DNA of 54,560 nt from a virus. Its lineage: Duplodnaviria; Caudoviricetes. Shown here piece after piece: positions 36,495 to 46,170 of the stretch (the first letter of the stretch is position 1; every line of letters begins with the position of its first letter). Under the pieces are notes generated by a model, which had not been told where the DNA came from, did not search any database, and saw only the letters and a list, made by a program, of their open reading frames with translations. Where the stretch lies: positions 1-54,560 of the IMG/VR virus record IMGVR_UViG_3300032373_000010; one strand, 5' to 3'. Both the position numbers and the translations under genes were made by a program.

Positions 36495-37067
36495 CTACTC
36501 TTCGAGCGAGGCCTCGTATTCGATCAACTCGTCCAGCGCCGAGCCCGGGAAGAATGCCTCCTTCTCGTCGTCGCTGAGGATCTCCGCCAGCTCGATCGCG
36601 GGGACCTCGCGCTGGTAGTTGATCTTCGTGAAGGGCTTGCTCGCCCGGGTCTCGATAATCCGGTTCTTGACCTCAATGTAGGTCCCGCAGAGCGGCTGAT
36701 CGTCGTCGAGGATCGCGTAGAAGTTCTCCTCGGTCACGTCGTTCTCGGGCAGCCCGAGGATCTTCGACAAGAATGCCTTGACGTTGCCCAGGAAGCTGTC
36801 GTGCTTCGTCCACATGGAGTGGCACGGGCTTTCGCCGACCTTGTGGCCGTCCCCGTCGTCGTCGTCGAAGACGTGAATGATCGTCTTTTCGACGAACAGG
36901 CCGACGCCGCTCTTGCGGGTGTCGTCCATTTTCACGAAGTCGATCCGCTGGAGATAGTGTCCAGCCTTCTCCCAGTTGGAGTCAAGGGAGGCCTTGGCGT
37001 CCTTGAGCCCCTTGGCGTGCTTGCGTGCGAGTTCAAGGCTTCGCTGGCCTTTGGTCATTTCAGTCAT
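36495..37067 (-). CDS. Putative single-stranded DNA-binding protein
   Basis: Position between helicase and polA; beta-rich core; acidic C-terminal tail; AAGG RBS. Confidence 0.6.
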   Translation of the reverse strand: MTEMTKGQRSLELARKHAKGLKDAKASLDSNWEKAGHYLQRIDFVKMDDTRKSGVGLFVEKTIIHVFDDDDGDGHKVGESPCHSMWTKHDSFLGNVKAFLSKILGLPENDVTEENFYAILDDDQPLCGTYIEVKNRIIETRASKPFTKINYQREVPAIELAEILSDDEKEAFFPGSALDELIEYEASLEE

Positions 37068-37161
37068 GGGATACCTTTACGATTCTGCGTTTACGATATG
37101 CCTTTGGGTGTTGTTCCCTCAGGTCGTTAGGAAGTTACTCTTTGGGTCTGACAAGTCAAGG

Positions 37162-39408
37162 CTACCCGAAGCGGTCTGTCATAAGTGCTTGAGCGGCAGT
37201 GCTGAGCTTCTTGTTTTGGAATCCTCGCTCCCGCAGGACAGCGGTAGGAAATACCTTAGGGAGGTGGGGCGCATAGGTCGCGTAGATCAGTTTCTGCCGG
37301 TTGCCTGTGGTCTGGTGGATATAGAGAGCGTCGTTAAGGGACGCAGCCAGGAGCATGTCGTCGAACTCGCTAGTGGCGCAGGTGTAGGCGGAGACTTGCG
37401 AAGCCTCCTGACCATTGCGGTGCATGCGCCCCAGGGTCTGCTCAGCCAGCTTGGCCGAGCGGGGCCACTGCACGAAGAGTTCCTGATTGAATGCCTGGAG
37501 GTTCTTGCCCGTGCCGTGGCTGCGCATGCTGGCGACGATCTTGCGGCCTCGGTTCTTTGGGTCGAGGATCGCGGCGTTGGCTGCGGCGCCCGCGGGACAG
37601 TGCAGCGGGTCCAGCCCGGCCTCCCTGAGGGCCTCGGTAAGCCAGACACCCATGCCCTTGTGGTAGATCCACATGATCGCGCCTTGGTCCTTCTTGAGCG
37701 AGGAGGCCCACTTCACGGCATGGCGAATCTTGTAGTCGCAGACGCGCACCACGCGATCGTTGCGGAGGCTCCTGGTGATCCTCCGATCCAGTTCCTTCGA
37801 GGCGCCTTTGAAGGCCCGCTTTTCGAGGATCAGCTCCCGAAGCTCCACGGCGAGCACCTTGTGGTCGGCCCACAGGCGATAGAGCCCCGTGCCGACGTTG
37901 GCCCCCCCGTGGGTGCTCATGTCGTGACCCACTAGCATGGGCGTGTCTAGGCCGCTGCGCCCGTGGTCCTCGATCCACTTGCGAAGCTCGGAGGAGTATT
38001 CCTGCCCGGCGCCGTGGTGCTCCCGGGCGAGGTCAAGGATCTCCTCGGCCACCGATTCGGACACGTCGCTGCGCTCAGCGAATTGCTCGGGGGTCGGGAA
38101 GGTGAGTTCGTTGTAGAAGCCGGCGCTGAGTTCGTAGAGCCATTTGTAGGTGTGGATCGGGTGCTCGATCTCGTCTTCGTTGGGGGTGCGCCAGAGTTCC
38201 ACGACTTGCTTCTGGAGGCGGGTCAGTTCCGCCCACCCCTCGTGGGTCGAGGGGGACTTCACAGGCTGGTTGTGGATCACCAAAGAGGGCTTGATCTCGG
38301 CGTCGCCGGTCGCGGTCACCCCGGGGCAGCTCTTGAGTCGTAGTTTGTAGGCCATGCGGAATCCTGCTGTGTCTTCGGAGATTGTTTCGGCGGGGAAGTT
38401 GCGCTCTGCCCAGTGGACCAGCGGCATGATCGGGCCGGTCGCCTCGCTTGAGCAGGCGTCGGAGTCGATCTTCGTGGCCCATTCGGAGGCGAGGTTGGCG
38501 GCCAGCGGGAGCGGGCAGTATTCGCCCAGGCACCAGCGGATAAGGTGGTAGTAATCTTTGATCGTCTTGGAAGTGATCGTGCCAGAGAGGACGCAGCCCT
38601 GCGGCCCGTGCTCCCTGACGTAGCCCATGAGCCGCTTGGTGCGGGCCGCCCGTGGGTTGCCGAGTGCGTCGGCCTCGTCCGCAATGATCAGCTCCGGGGC
38701 CATGGCTTCGAGGACCTCGGAGGTGTCCTTCGTAGAGAGGCAGGAGTAGGGCAGAATGTAGAGCCCCCTCTTGCCGCTGGTGGCGAGCATTCGGCGGGCG
38801 CCGGGAGGCTTGCCGCCCATGACGTGGATCGGGTAGTTCACGTCGATCCTGCGTCGAGCGAAGGGGAAGTCGTCCCGCACGAGCTGACCCAGGACGGAGC
38901 TGGGCACCAGGAGTAGGACGCGCTTGAGCCCTCGGCGGAAGGCGCTCGCGGCGATAGCCTGGGTCACCATGGTCTTGCCCCAGCCGACGCCGATCGGGGC
39001 AAAGAGTCCGTTGCGCTGCTCGTAGGACCGGATCGCTTCGCACTGGACCCGCCACATGCGGAAGCCGTCAGCGTAGGGTCGGGCCAGGACTCGCTTCGAG
39101 TTGAACTCCTCGACCTCCTCGTCGGTCATGGAGGGCACAAGCTCTAGGCCAATGATCCGATTGATCTCGGCATACTGCCCAGGGTCGGCAAGGAGGCGAG
39201 CGCGGTCGCGCCGGGCGTCCATGCTCATGCGAGGGGCCACCTTCTGCTGGGGAGGGCGGGGCCTCTTAGGCGGGGCCTGCGGCTCGTTGAGCTTGTCCCC
39301 CATGAGCCTCGCGGCCCTGATCGCTTTGACGCGCTTAATGAGCGCGTTGCGCTTGGCACGGGCGATCAGGGCCTTCTTAGCCCTCGCTCTTTCGAGGAGG
39401 TCGGCCAC
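37162..39408 (-). CDS. SF2 (SNF2-like) helicase
   Basis: VGWGKT, IADEAD, LSGT, GTGKNLQ, EQTLGRMHRNGQ; start set at GTG 39408 (TAGTG overlap). Confidence 0.88.
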   Translation of the reverse strand: MADLLERARAKKALIARAKRNALIKRVKAIRAARLMGDKLNEPQAPPKRPRPPQQKVAPRMSMDARRDRARLLADPGQYAEINRIIGLELVPSMTDEEVEEFNSKRVLARPYADGFRMWRVQCEAIRSYEQRNGLFAPIGVGWGKTMVTQAIAASAFRRGLKRVLLLVPSSVLGQLVRDDFPFARRRIDVNYPIHVMGGKPPGARRMLATSGKRGLYILPYSCLSTKDTSEVLEAMAPELIIADEADALGNPRAARTKRLMGYVREHGPQGCVLSGTITSKTIKDYYHLIRWCLGEYCPLPLAANLASEWATKIDSDACSSEATGPIMPLVHWAERNFPAETISEDTAGFRMAYKLRLKSCPGVTATGDAEIKPSLVIHNQPVKSPSTHEGWAELTRLQKQVVELWRTPNEDEIEHPIHTYKWLYELSAGFYNELTFPTPEQFAERSDVSESVAEEILDLAREHHGAGQEYSSELRKWIEDHGRSGLDTPMLVGHDMSTHGGANVGTGLYRLWADHKVLAVELRELILEKRAFKGASKELDRRITRSLRNDRVVRVCDYKIRHAVKWASSLKKDQGAIMWIYHKGMGVWLTEALREAGLDPLHCPAGAAANAAILDPKNRGRKIVASMRSHGTGKNLQAFNQELFVQWPRSAKLAEQTLGRMHRNGQEASQVSAYTCATSEFDDMLLAASLNDALYIHQTTGNRQKLIYATYAPHLPKVFPTAVLRERGFQNKKLSTAAQALMTDRFG

Positions 39409-39671
39409 TAGGAGGAGGCCTGCCCTGCCATGAGCGCGCGCCCAGTCCGTTGAGTCAGGGTCAGCAGGCGGCGACGCACCCGAGCGCGCTTGGTGTGGGG
39501 GAGGCCCTTCCACTGCGCCTTGAGGTTGACGTAGGTCGTCCGCGAGATCTTCTGGATCCTGCGGTGACGCTCGGCTGCGCTGAGGCTGTGGGCCCCTCGC
39601 GCCTTGCTGACGCTGATCATGGCGATAGCCACGGCTGCGCGGGAGAGTTGCTTGGAGGTGCGTGAGTTCAT
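39408..39671 (-). CDS. Hypothetical basic protein
   Basis: AAAGGA RBS; coupled to the helicase gene. Confidence 0.65.
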   Translation of the reverse strand: MNSRTSKQLSRAAVAIAMISVSKARGAHSLSAAERHRRIQKISRTTYVNLKAQWKGLPHTKRARVRRRLLTLTQRTGRALMAGQASS

Positions 39672-39698
39672 GCTGCTGTCCTTTGTGTTTGGGTAAGA

Positions 39699-39754
39699 GA
39701 ACGCCCCGGGCCAGAAAAGCTCCCCACGAGCGAAGGGAGTGACCCAGGGCGTTC
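39699..39754 (-). terminator. Long stem-loop after nuclease gene
   Basis: GAACGCCC(C)GGG / CCC(A)GGGCGTTC outer stem with inner CTCCC/GGGAG stem; followed by TCTT on the - strand. Confidence 0.55.
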
Positions 39755-39768
39755 CATTTCTTTTGGCG

Positions 39769-41601
39769 CTAGCCGACGATCACCATGCCCGCGAGGGGGC
39801 GCAGGGCCGCCAGGAGGGCCTTCTCGTCGGGGGTCGCCGCGCTGTTCGCGGTGAGGTAGCCCGTGCCGAGTTCCTCAGCGAGGTCACCCGCAGCGGCGCA
39901 AACGGCGTCGCGCCGCTTGAAGGGGTCGAGGGCGTAGAAGCTCTCCTCGCCGGAGGCTTCGGCCAAGCTCGTGCCGAAGGTGTGGAGGACGGTCGAGAGT
40001 TCCGTCACCTTGTTGGTGCCCCGGGCGACGTTGCAGTCGATCAGGAGGGTGAAAGACTTCTTGGGTCGGCCTCGGCTCTTCTTGGCTGCGGGCTCGGCCT
40101 TCTTCTTCGGGGCTGCCTTAGGGGCGGGCTCGGGCTCCTCCTCGACTTCGGGCTCCTCCTCGACTTCGGGCTCCTCCTCGACTTCGGGCTCCTCCTCGAC
40201 TTCGGGCTCGGGGGCAGGCGCGTCCGCGACCTTGGCCTCGACCAGGCCCCCGACCTCCACGCCACCAGCGTCGTCGTCGTCCTCGCCAACCCAGACGATC
40301 GTGGTGCCGTCGCGCTCAATGAAGAACGCGGCGCTGGTCAGGCGGCCCGCCTTCTTCGACTTAATGTCGCACATTTTGCAGGGCCCGGCCTTGGAGTTGA
40401 ACCCGGAACCCTTGCACGCCCGGCAGGTGGGCTCAGCCCAGGGCGGGGTGTCGCCCTCGAAGGTCACGGGGACGTGCTCGGGCTCTTTGGGCTTGGGGGC
40501 CGGCTTGGGACGGGGCTTGGGCTTGGGCTTGGCTGCTGAGGGCTTGCCCTTACCGGCAAGCGCTTTCCGCTTGGCTGCCTTCGCCGCCAACTTCGCTGCA
40601 ACTGACATATTTGATTCCTTACTTCGGGGTTGAGGGGCTGATATTACCCCGGGGGTCTGACACTCCACAACAGGAAGTGGCATTTTGTTTCTGCGTTCGG
40701 TTCTGCGCCTGTATTGCTCGGGGCTGCGTCGCCCGGAGCAGATCTTCTGGAAGGTGCAGGGGCCGTATTTCATACAGACGCCGGAGCCCTCCTTAGGGCC
40801 TGGCACGTCCTTCCAGTCCTCGATCTTACGGACCCGGCGAAGCTCATGCGCCATAGGGACTACGGTGGAGGTCCACCAATCTTGAATTTCCTGGCGGGGA
40901 ACGGGCGCCGAGAGCGTCCGCTTTACCGCGAGGTTCTCCGGGTCCTTAGAGGCGAAGTTGTGAATGAAGGTCACAGTCTCGGGAGGCGGCTCGTCTCGCT
41001 GGAGGGCCTCGAAGATCAGGCTGAAGCCGTAGGTCAGCATTTGGTTGTTCTTCGCGAGGGCCTTGGCTGTCTTGCGCCAGGGGCTGCGGTTCTTCTTGCC
41101 GGTCTTGTGGTCCTCTACCACGTCACGAGCTGAGACGTAGTCCCGGTAACCCATGAGGGTTATCGCACCGTCCTCGCCCTCCCCGGGGGCTATCGAAATG
41201 TCGAAGCGGGATTCGATCCGACCCTCGGGGCTCTTGATCAGGACCCCACCGTCGATCGCAGCCGTGGTGAGCTTCTGGATCATGGCGGCTTCGGCGTCGC
41301 TGATCGAGCGCTCGATCCCCTCGTCGGCGCCGAACTTGCTGACCACGGTCGTCCACGGGAGCGTGCGCCCCATGATCTTGCGGGCCTCTGGGTAGAGGTC
41401 GGGGGTCTGGAGGTCGTCGGTGGCTAGGTAGCGCTCCCAGACCTCGTGGAGGACTTCCCCGAAGGTGCGGGGGTCGGGTCGGCGGATCTTCTCGGGGAGA
41501 CGCAGGACCTTCTGGAAATACCACTTGACCTTGCAGTCGAGGGCCGTGTCGAGCTGGGTGGCGCTGAGGACGAGGGGCTTGCGGCGGGGCTTCCCGCTCA
41601 C
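39769..41601 (-). CDS. PD-(D/E)XK Cas4/RecB-like exonuclease with long low-complexity C-terminal extension
   Basis: SATQLD..LDC..KW, FGEVLH, GYRD, DHKT, QMLTY, CMKYGPCTFQKIC; start at GTGA overlap 41601. Confidence 0.85.
   Translation of the reverse strand: MSGKPRRKPLVLSATQLDTALDCKVKWYFQKVLRLPEKIRRPDPRTFGEVLHEVWERYLATDDLQTPDLYPEARKIMGRTLPWTTVVSKFGADEGIERSISDAEAAMIQKLTTAAIDGGVLIKSPEGRIESRFDISIAPGEGEDGAITLMGYRDYVSARDVVEDHKTGKKNRSPWRKTAKALAKNNQMLTYGFSLIFEALQRDEPPPETVTFIHNFASKDPENLAVKRTLSAPVPRQEIQDWWTSTVVPMAHELRRVRKIEDWKDVPGPKEGSGVCMKYGPCTFQKICSGRRSPEQYRRRTERRNKMPLPVVECQTPGVISAPQPRSKESNMSVAAKLAAKAAKRKALAGKGKPSAAKPKPKPRPKPAPKPKEPEHVPVTFEGDTPPWAEPTCRACKGSGFNSKAGPCKMCDIKSKKAGRLTSAAFFIERDGTTIVWVGEDDDDAGGVEVGGLVEAKVADAPAPEPEVEEEPEVEEEPEVEEEPEVEEEPEPAPKAAPKKKAEPAAKKSRGRPKKSFTLLIDCNVARGTNKVTELSTVLHTFGTSLAEASGEESFYALDPFKRRDAVCAAAGDLAEELGTGYLTANSAATPDEKALLAALRPLAGMVIVG
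40130..40209. repeat. 18-bp coding tandem repeat, about 4.4 copies (EPEVEE)
   Basis: TCGGGCTCCTCCTCGACT repeated exactly four times plus a partial copy. Confidence 0.95.
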
Positions 41602-41945
41602 GCCCAGTCCCCCAGCCGAGTGAAGACCGGCGTGCGCCCACCCACCCACGCGCCGATCACGTTGAACTCGAAATACTCCAGCGCCTCGTCGGGGTCCATG
41701 CCCTGCTCCTCGTAGCCCTTGAGGACCTTGTCCATGTCGTAGAGGGCGCACACTTCCATGCCGAAGCGGTAGGCCACGCCGATCAGGGCGTGGTCCAAGC
41801 CGTCGCAGCAGAGCAGGTCGGGGTGCTCCTCGGCGAGGCGCTCGCGCAGGGTCGGCTTGTCGTCCTCCGGCGCGTCGTTGCACGAGGGGCACACCAGCTC
41901 CTGCTGGCAGGACTTGCACTCCTCTCCGTAGGCGTTGGTGATCAT
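41598..41945 (-). CDS. Conserved phage hypothetical protein
   Basis: DGLDHALIG...YD..KV...GM...EALEYFEFNVIGAWVG..TP motif that I recognise from other phages. Confidence 0.75.
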   Translation of the reverse strand: MITNAYGEECKSCQQELVCPSCNDAPEDDKPTLRERLAEEHPDLLCCDGLDHALIGVAYRFGMEVCALYDMDKVLKGYEEQGMDPDEALEYFEFNVIGAWVGGRTPVFTRLGDWA

Positions 41946-41950
41946 GCGGG

Positions 41951-42166
41951 TTAACCCTGCCCTCTGCGCCGAAGCTCCTCGACGCACTCCTGGCAGATCC
42001 CGCCCTCAGGGTCGTGCTTGACGAAGGCCCGGTCCCAGAGGTGGCCGCAGAGGCACTGATCCGTAGGCCTGCCCTCGTCGTCCAGCTCAACGATATGGTT
42101 TGGGCGCTTGGCGATCTTCTGGGTTGAGGTCTCAGCGCGCGGCAGGGTCTTGACTTCAATGCTCAC
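41951..42166 (-). CDS. Small zinc-finger protein
   Basis: H..CLCG...CQEC; GTGA overlap. Confidence 0.65.
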   Translation of the reverse strand: MSIEVKTLPRAETSTQKIAKRPNHIVELDDEGRPTDQCLCGHLWDRAFVKHDPEGGICQECVEELRRRGQG

Positions 42167-42468
42167 TCAGAGCCTCCTAGAGCAAGCCTCAAGTGCTTGA
42201 TCGCGTCACAGACAGGAAGCAAACGGACCTCCCGCCACGATCGACCAAGGAGGATACACGCGGCCTCCCTGACGCTAAGTCCTCCCCTCTCAGCCAGCCG
42301 CTCCGGGGACTGACCGTGGTTGGCCTGGCACCGGCGGCGACACTCCTCTGTCGTGAACAGCCCCATGGGCATTGAGGGCGGGTGCTCGTAGTAGCGGGTG
42401 CGGCCTCTGTTGGGAGGGTCCTTCGGAATAGCCTCACGCATGATCGGCATGGTCTTGACTTCGCTCAT
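42163..42468 (-). CDS. Hypothetical protein
   Basis: NHGQSPERLAERGGLS motif recurrent in phages; ATGA overlap. Confidence 0.7.
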   Translation of the reverse strand: MSEVKTMPIMREAIPKDPPNRGRTRYYEHPPSMPMGLFTTEECRRRCQANHGQSPERLAERGGLSVREAACILLGRSWREVRLLPVCDAIKHLRLALGGSE

Positions 42469-45131
42469 AGCTCAGAGTCCCCTCGCACCAGGGCGTCCAG
42501 TGCAGGGCACGGGAAGCCTTCCTTAATAGCCTGGCGTTGCACCAGGAGAATGTCGATCTCGTGCCACTCCTTATCCCCAAGCCCTGTCCTGTTGGGCAGC
42601 GTCCGAATCGAGGGGGTGCAGAGCACGAGCCCGCGCAGAGCCTTACGGACCCGAGCGGCAGTCAAGTGGGCGCTGACTGTCTTACTGAGGACATTGCGGA
42701 AGTAGTTCAGGATCACGCCCACCGTGACATGCAGCCTACCATTATAGACCGACATGCCGGGGTAGAGTGAGGTCCCTGACTTTACAGTCAGGTGTTGCAG
42801 CAAGGCAATGATCACCTCGATTACAATGCCCGCCGCGCCCTGGGTCCTCATGGGGTCGAGCAAGGTGGTGCCTCCGTTGCCCTCGACCAGGAAGCGCCCG
42901 CCGCGAGGCTTGCGCATGTTCTCCATGATCCAGAGGAAGTGCTTCGCCACGAGGAAGTCCCCCTGACCCTCGCCGTCTCCTGCGATCCAGCCGTCTGTGT
43001 GGTCGTGCCCCCCGAGGTTGACGAGGTGGCGGGTAGCCCGGTCCTTCACGTCAATGTGGAAGATCCGAATGGCGAGGGCGTTGCGGTCCTCGGGGCTCAT
43101 GTCGCGGTTTGAGCAGAGACCCATGACCACGTCGAGGTTGTTCGCCGTGAAGATCACTCGCACGGGGTTCTTGTTGTTCATGGGCGTCTTAAACTTGCGG
43201 TTGACGTAACGGGCCCCGCCGCCGACCAGCTCCCTGAAGGTGTCGGCCTGGTGCTTGCCGCCGTAGGTCTTCGGCCAACCCTCGTCCACGAGCAGGATCG
43301 GGGTGTTGACCAGGCCGGGCTGGAAGTCACCCACGAGGGTCTCGGCGCCCGCGACCTCGCATGTGTTGAAGCATTCCGCAAGCCCCTGGGGGATCATTTT
43401 CTTGCCGGCGCCGGCCTCTCCGTGAATGCTCAGGGCGCAGATCGCCCCGTCCTCGGGTCGAAGGGCCCAGGCGATCCAGTTGCAGACGGCCTCATACTCC
43501 TCGCCGCAGAGGGCCTTGAGCCACGCGGCAACGTGCTTGTTGAAGGTCGGCCTGAGGTCGGTCCTGCGGTGGAAGGTCGGGACGTGCAGGACGCTGTCGT
43601 AGCGGTCTATGCCCTTGATCCAGGCGCCCCCCGCGCTGGGCATGCCTACGATCCGCGAGACCAGCGTGCCGTGCTCCGCGAGGATCTCCGTGTGATTGAC
43701 CTGCCTGAATCCCTTGCCGTCCTTGGTGGGGACCTTGGTCTGAAGGAGCTGCCCCATTTTCAGGGCTCGGATCCTCGGGGCGACCATGGTGACCGCGACG
43801 CTCATGGGGTCGTAGGACCCGTCAGGGCGCATAATGTGGGCGCGCTTGTCTTCGGTGATCGCAATGAGGTGCTGGGTCGCAAAGTCCCGGGCTGTGTCCT
43901 CGTCACCCATGAGGGCCGCGTGGCTGCACCACCCGCGCATGCCGCTGACGATAGAGTCCAAGAGGTCTAGCACGTCCTCAGCGTCCTCGGCCTTCTTGGT
44001 CTCCCTGTGGCGCTCCTCGGCGTCCTCCCGGGCCCAGCAATACTCAATCGCATACCACAGGCGATCGGTCCAGTCGGGTGTGTCCTCGTCGGGATCGAGC
44101 TGGAGGACAGGGTCAAGGAACAGGCCGTAGACGTGCGCCTTGGTAGTGATCCTCTCACCGTCGTCGTCAAGCTGGTAGAGCATGGTAGACGCCTCGCCTA
44201 CCAGCTTCATAATCGAGGAGTCCCTACCCCCAACCTCTGCCAGGGGCGTGTCCTGGTAGAGGCAGGAGTAGCACCCGCGGCCTTTGAGGCGGCGCTTGGC
44301 TAGGAAGGCCCAGCGGCTCATGGTCTCCTTCCCTGTGCTGGCGCTGACGCTCGTCAGCAGCGCGAGGGCGTCGCTCATGTCTGGCTTGGGTTCGGCGTTC
44401 TCCCGGAGGGCGGCCTTGCCCGACTTACCGACCCTACCCAAGGTGCCGAGGTCCGCGACCGGCAGGACGTTCTCAAACTGCTCGATTACCTCGAAGTAGT
44501 CCTGCTCCCAAGTGATCTCGTTTGAGCCTTCGCGCACCACGGCAGCGGCGCGGAAGCAGCGGGTCCAGTCCGAGGTCGGGTATTGGAGGCCGGGCTTGTT
44601 CTCGGGGTCGCTGCTGAGGTAGCCCTCGGCGTCAATGTCGTCTAGGAGGATCCCCGCCTCGCGCAGGCGCTGCGTCAGCCAGCGGTGGTGTCCCTCCGCA
44701 GCCTCCACGTCCACGGGCTCGTCGAGGACGTAGACCAGCCGCGCGCCGTGGCTGGTGGTGTAGAGGACGGTCCACTCCATGCAGATCGAGTCCTCAGCCT
44801 CGGCGAGCTGGGTGAGCCACTCAGAGAGCGTCTCGGGCGTCCAGCCGGCATGGCCGGGCCGGTCGTAGTCGAAGACCAGCATGCGGATCCAGAGGGTCTC
44901 TCCGGCGTCCCTGAGCGACGTGATACTCGCCTTGCGGTAGCGCACCCACGGGAGGGTCTCAGGCGCGTAGCAGACGAAGTGCGCGTCGGTGAGGAAGATC
45001 TCCTCCCACAGCTCCTCGAAGGGAATCTGCCGAAGCTCCTTGCGGTCGGGCACTTCGTCTAGGTGCGCGGCGCCCTTCCAGGCTTTGCTGGAGAGAACGC
45101 CGACGTTGAAGTCGGTAGCGGATTTGTTCAA
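42465..45131 (-). CDS. AEP primase-polymerase fused to D5/DUF5906-like NTPase/helicase
   Basis: LVFDYD (DxD), YTTSHGARLVY, DWTR.FR; GGRD (PriCT-like); GEAGAGKK, LLVDE, VNRKF, IFTAN. Confidence 0.8.
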   Translation of the reverse strand: MNKSATDFNVGVLSSKAWKGAAHLDEVPDRKELRQIPFEELWEEIFLTDAHFVCYAPETLPWVRYRKASITSLRDAGETLWIRMLVFDYDRPGHAGWTPETLSEWLTQLAEAEDSICMEWTVLYTTSHGARLVYVLDEPVDVEAAEGHHRWLTQRLREAGILLDDIDAEGYLSSDPENKPGLQYPTSDWTRCFRAAAVVREGSNEITWEQDYFEVIEQFENVLPVADLGTLGRVGKSGKAALRENAEPKPDMSDALALLTSVSASTGKETMSRWAFLAKRRLKGRGCYSCLYQDTPLAEVGGRDSSIMKLVGEASTMLYQLDDDGERITTKAHVYGLFLDPVLQLDPDEDTPDWTDRLWYAIEYCWAREDAEERHRETKKAEDAEDVLDLLDSIVSGMRGWCSHAALMGDEDTARDFATQHLIAITEDKRAHIMRPDGSYDPMSVAVTMVAPRIRALKMGQLLQTKVPTKDGKGFRQVNHTEILAEHGTLVSRIVGMPSAGGAWIKGIDRYDSVLHVPTFHRRTDLRPTFNKHVAAWLKALCGEEYEAVCNWIAWALRPEDGAICALSIHGEAGAGKKMIPQGLAECFNTCEVAGAETLVGDFQPGLVNTPILLVDEGWPKTYGGKHQADTFRELVGGGARYVNRKFKTPMNNKNPVRVIFTANNLDVVMGLCSNRDMSPEDRNALAIRIFHIDVKDRATRHLVNLGGHDHTDGWIAGDGEGQGDFLVAKHFLWIMENMRKPRGGRFLVEGNGGTTLLDPMRTQGAAGIVIEVIIALLQHLTVKSGTSLYPGMSVYNGRLHVTVGVILNYFRNVLSKTVSAHLTAARVRKALRGLVLCTPSIRTLPNRTGLGDKEWHEIDILLVQRQAIKEGFPCPALDALVRGDSEL

Positions 45132-45185
45132 GGGGTGCTCGTTTGTTCCTGCTAGGTCTATCAGAAGTGTCTGACACGCGCCACG

Positions 45186-45473
45186 CTAATTGAGGTGGAA
45201 CTCGCAGCCGCTGCTGTCCTGAAACGTGGAGTATTTTGCGGAAAAGGGCGGAAGGGAGTCGCCCTTCAGATCCGCAGCCCAGGCACTTATGTCGCCGCCG
45301 ATCGGCTCGAAAATGTATTGGGTCCGCTCAAGGTCCGGGAAGGTCTTGTAGTCGCTGACCCGCCAGCGCATTCCGTAGCGCTGCGCCAGGAGATCGAGGA
45401 ACCCGGAGATCAGATCGGCCTTCTGGTGCGGGGGCATGCTGTCGCGGACAGCGACGAAGAAGAGGGCGGTCAT
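45186..45473 (-). CDS. Hypothetical protein
   Basis: ORF; start moved to ATG 45473. Confidence 0.5.
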   Translation of the reverse strand: MTALFFVAVRDSMPPHQKADLISGFLDLLAQRYGMRWRVSDYKTFPDLERTQYIFEPIGGDISAWAADLKGDSLPPFSAKYSTFQDSSGCEFHLN

Positions 45474-45621
45474 GCGTCGCACGGGTGATTGTCGGCGCAG
45501 ATCGAGTCGGCCTCGTTTGGGTCGTCGTTGATTAGGTCCTCGTCGGCGCTCTCCTCCGGGCATGAGCACTCTCCAGAGAAGGGGTGAGCGCACCCGTCGC
45601 AATAGTCGTCTGAGGTTTTGG

Positions 45622-46170
45622 TCATGTCGTCGCCTTCGCCAAGGCTAGCAGCAGGATAGCCAGGAAGCCCAGTCCGATCGTGGCGAAGATCCGCGGCAGC
45701 ATGTAGTCGGCCAACTGGTGCATGAGGGGCTCGGGCCTGGGCTGCTTGTGCGGCTTGCCGAAGACCTCCCTCAACTCCTTGCGGTAGGCCTCTGCCTCGG
45801 CCTGAAGCTCTGCCGCGTAGTCTCTCCGGTAAATCTCCGGCTCTGGCTCGGCGCGCGGCTTACCGATAGTCCCCACAAGCTCCGGGTAGGTGTCCTCCCA
45901 GACCTGCAGCATGCGCTCCAGCTCCTCGTTGCTGAACTCGGGCGGGGGCTTGAGTCCGGTGGGCTTGCCGAGAGTGTGTGCGGCGTATGCGCGGGGGATC
46001 ACCCTCGGCTCACCCTCCGGCCTGGGGGGCGCCTCGTTGCTAGGTTCCTTGGGGTGAGCCCCCGCGCATGCGTTGCATGCGCCCGGCACTGCGTCGATCT
46101 CCGCGTCGGTCGTTTGGCCCTCAATGATCGTGCCCTTCCAGGGGTGGCCGGGCGGCAGGGACATTCTCAC
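45622..46170 (-). CDS. Hypothetical membrane-anchored protein
   Basis: C-terminal TM segment; GTGA overlap. Confidence 0.6.
   Translation of the reverse strand: MRMSLPPGHPWKGTIIEGQTTDAEIDAVPGACNACAGAHPKEPSNEAPPRPEGEPRVIPRAYAAHTLGKPTGLKPPPEFSNEELERMLQVWEDTYPELVGTIGKPRAEPEPEIYRRDYAAELQAEAEAYRKELREVFGKPHKQPRPEPLMHQLADYMLPRIFATIGLGFLAILLLALAKATT

Noticed and set aside
41602-42159. N-terminal extension of the 796-aa ORF 39769-42159
   Set aside because: Overlaps two better ORFs (41598-41945, 41951-42166); the nuclease motifs begin after the GTGA-coupled start at 41601
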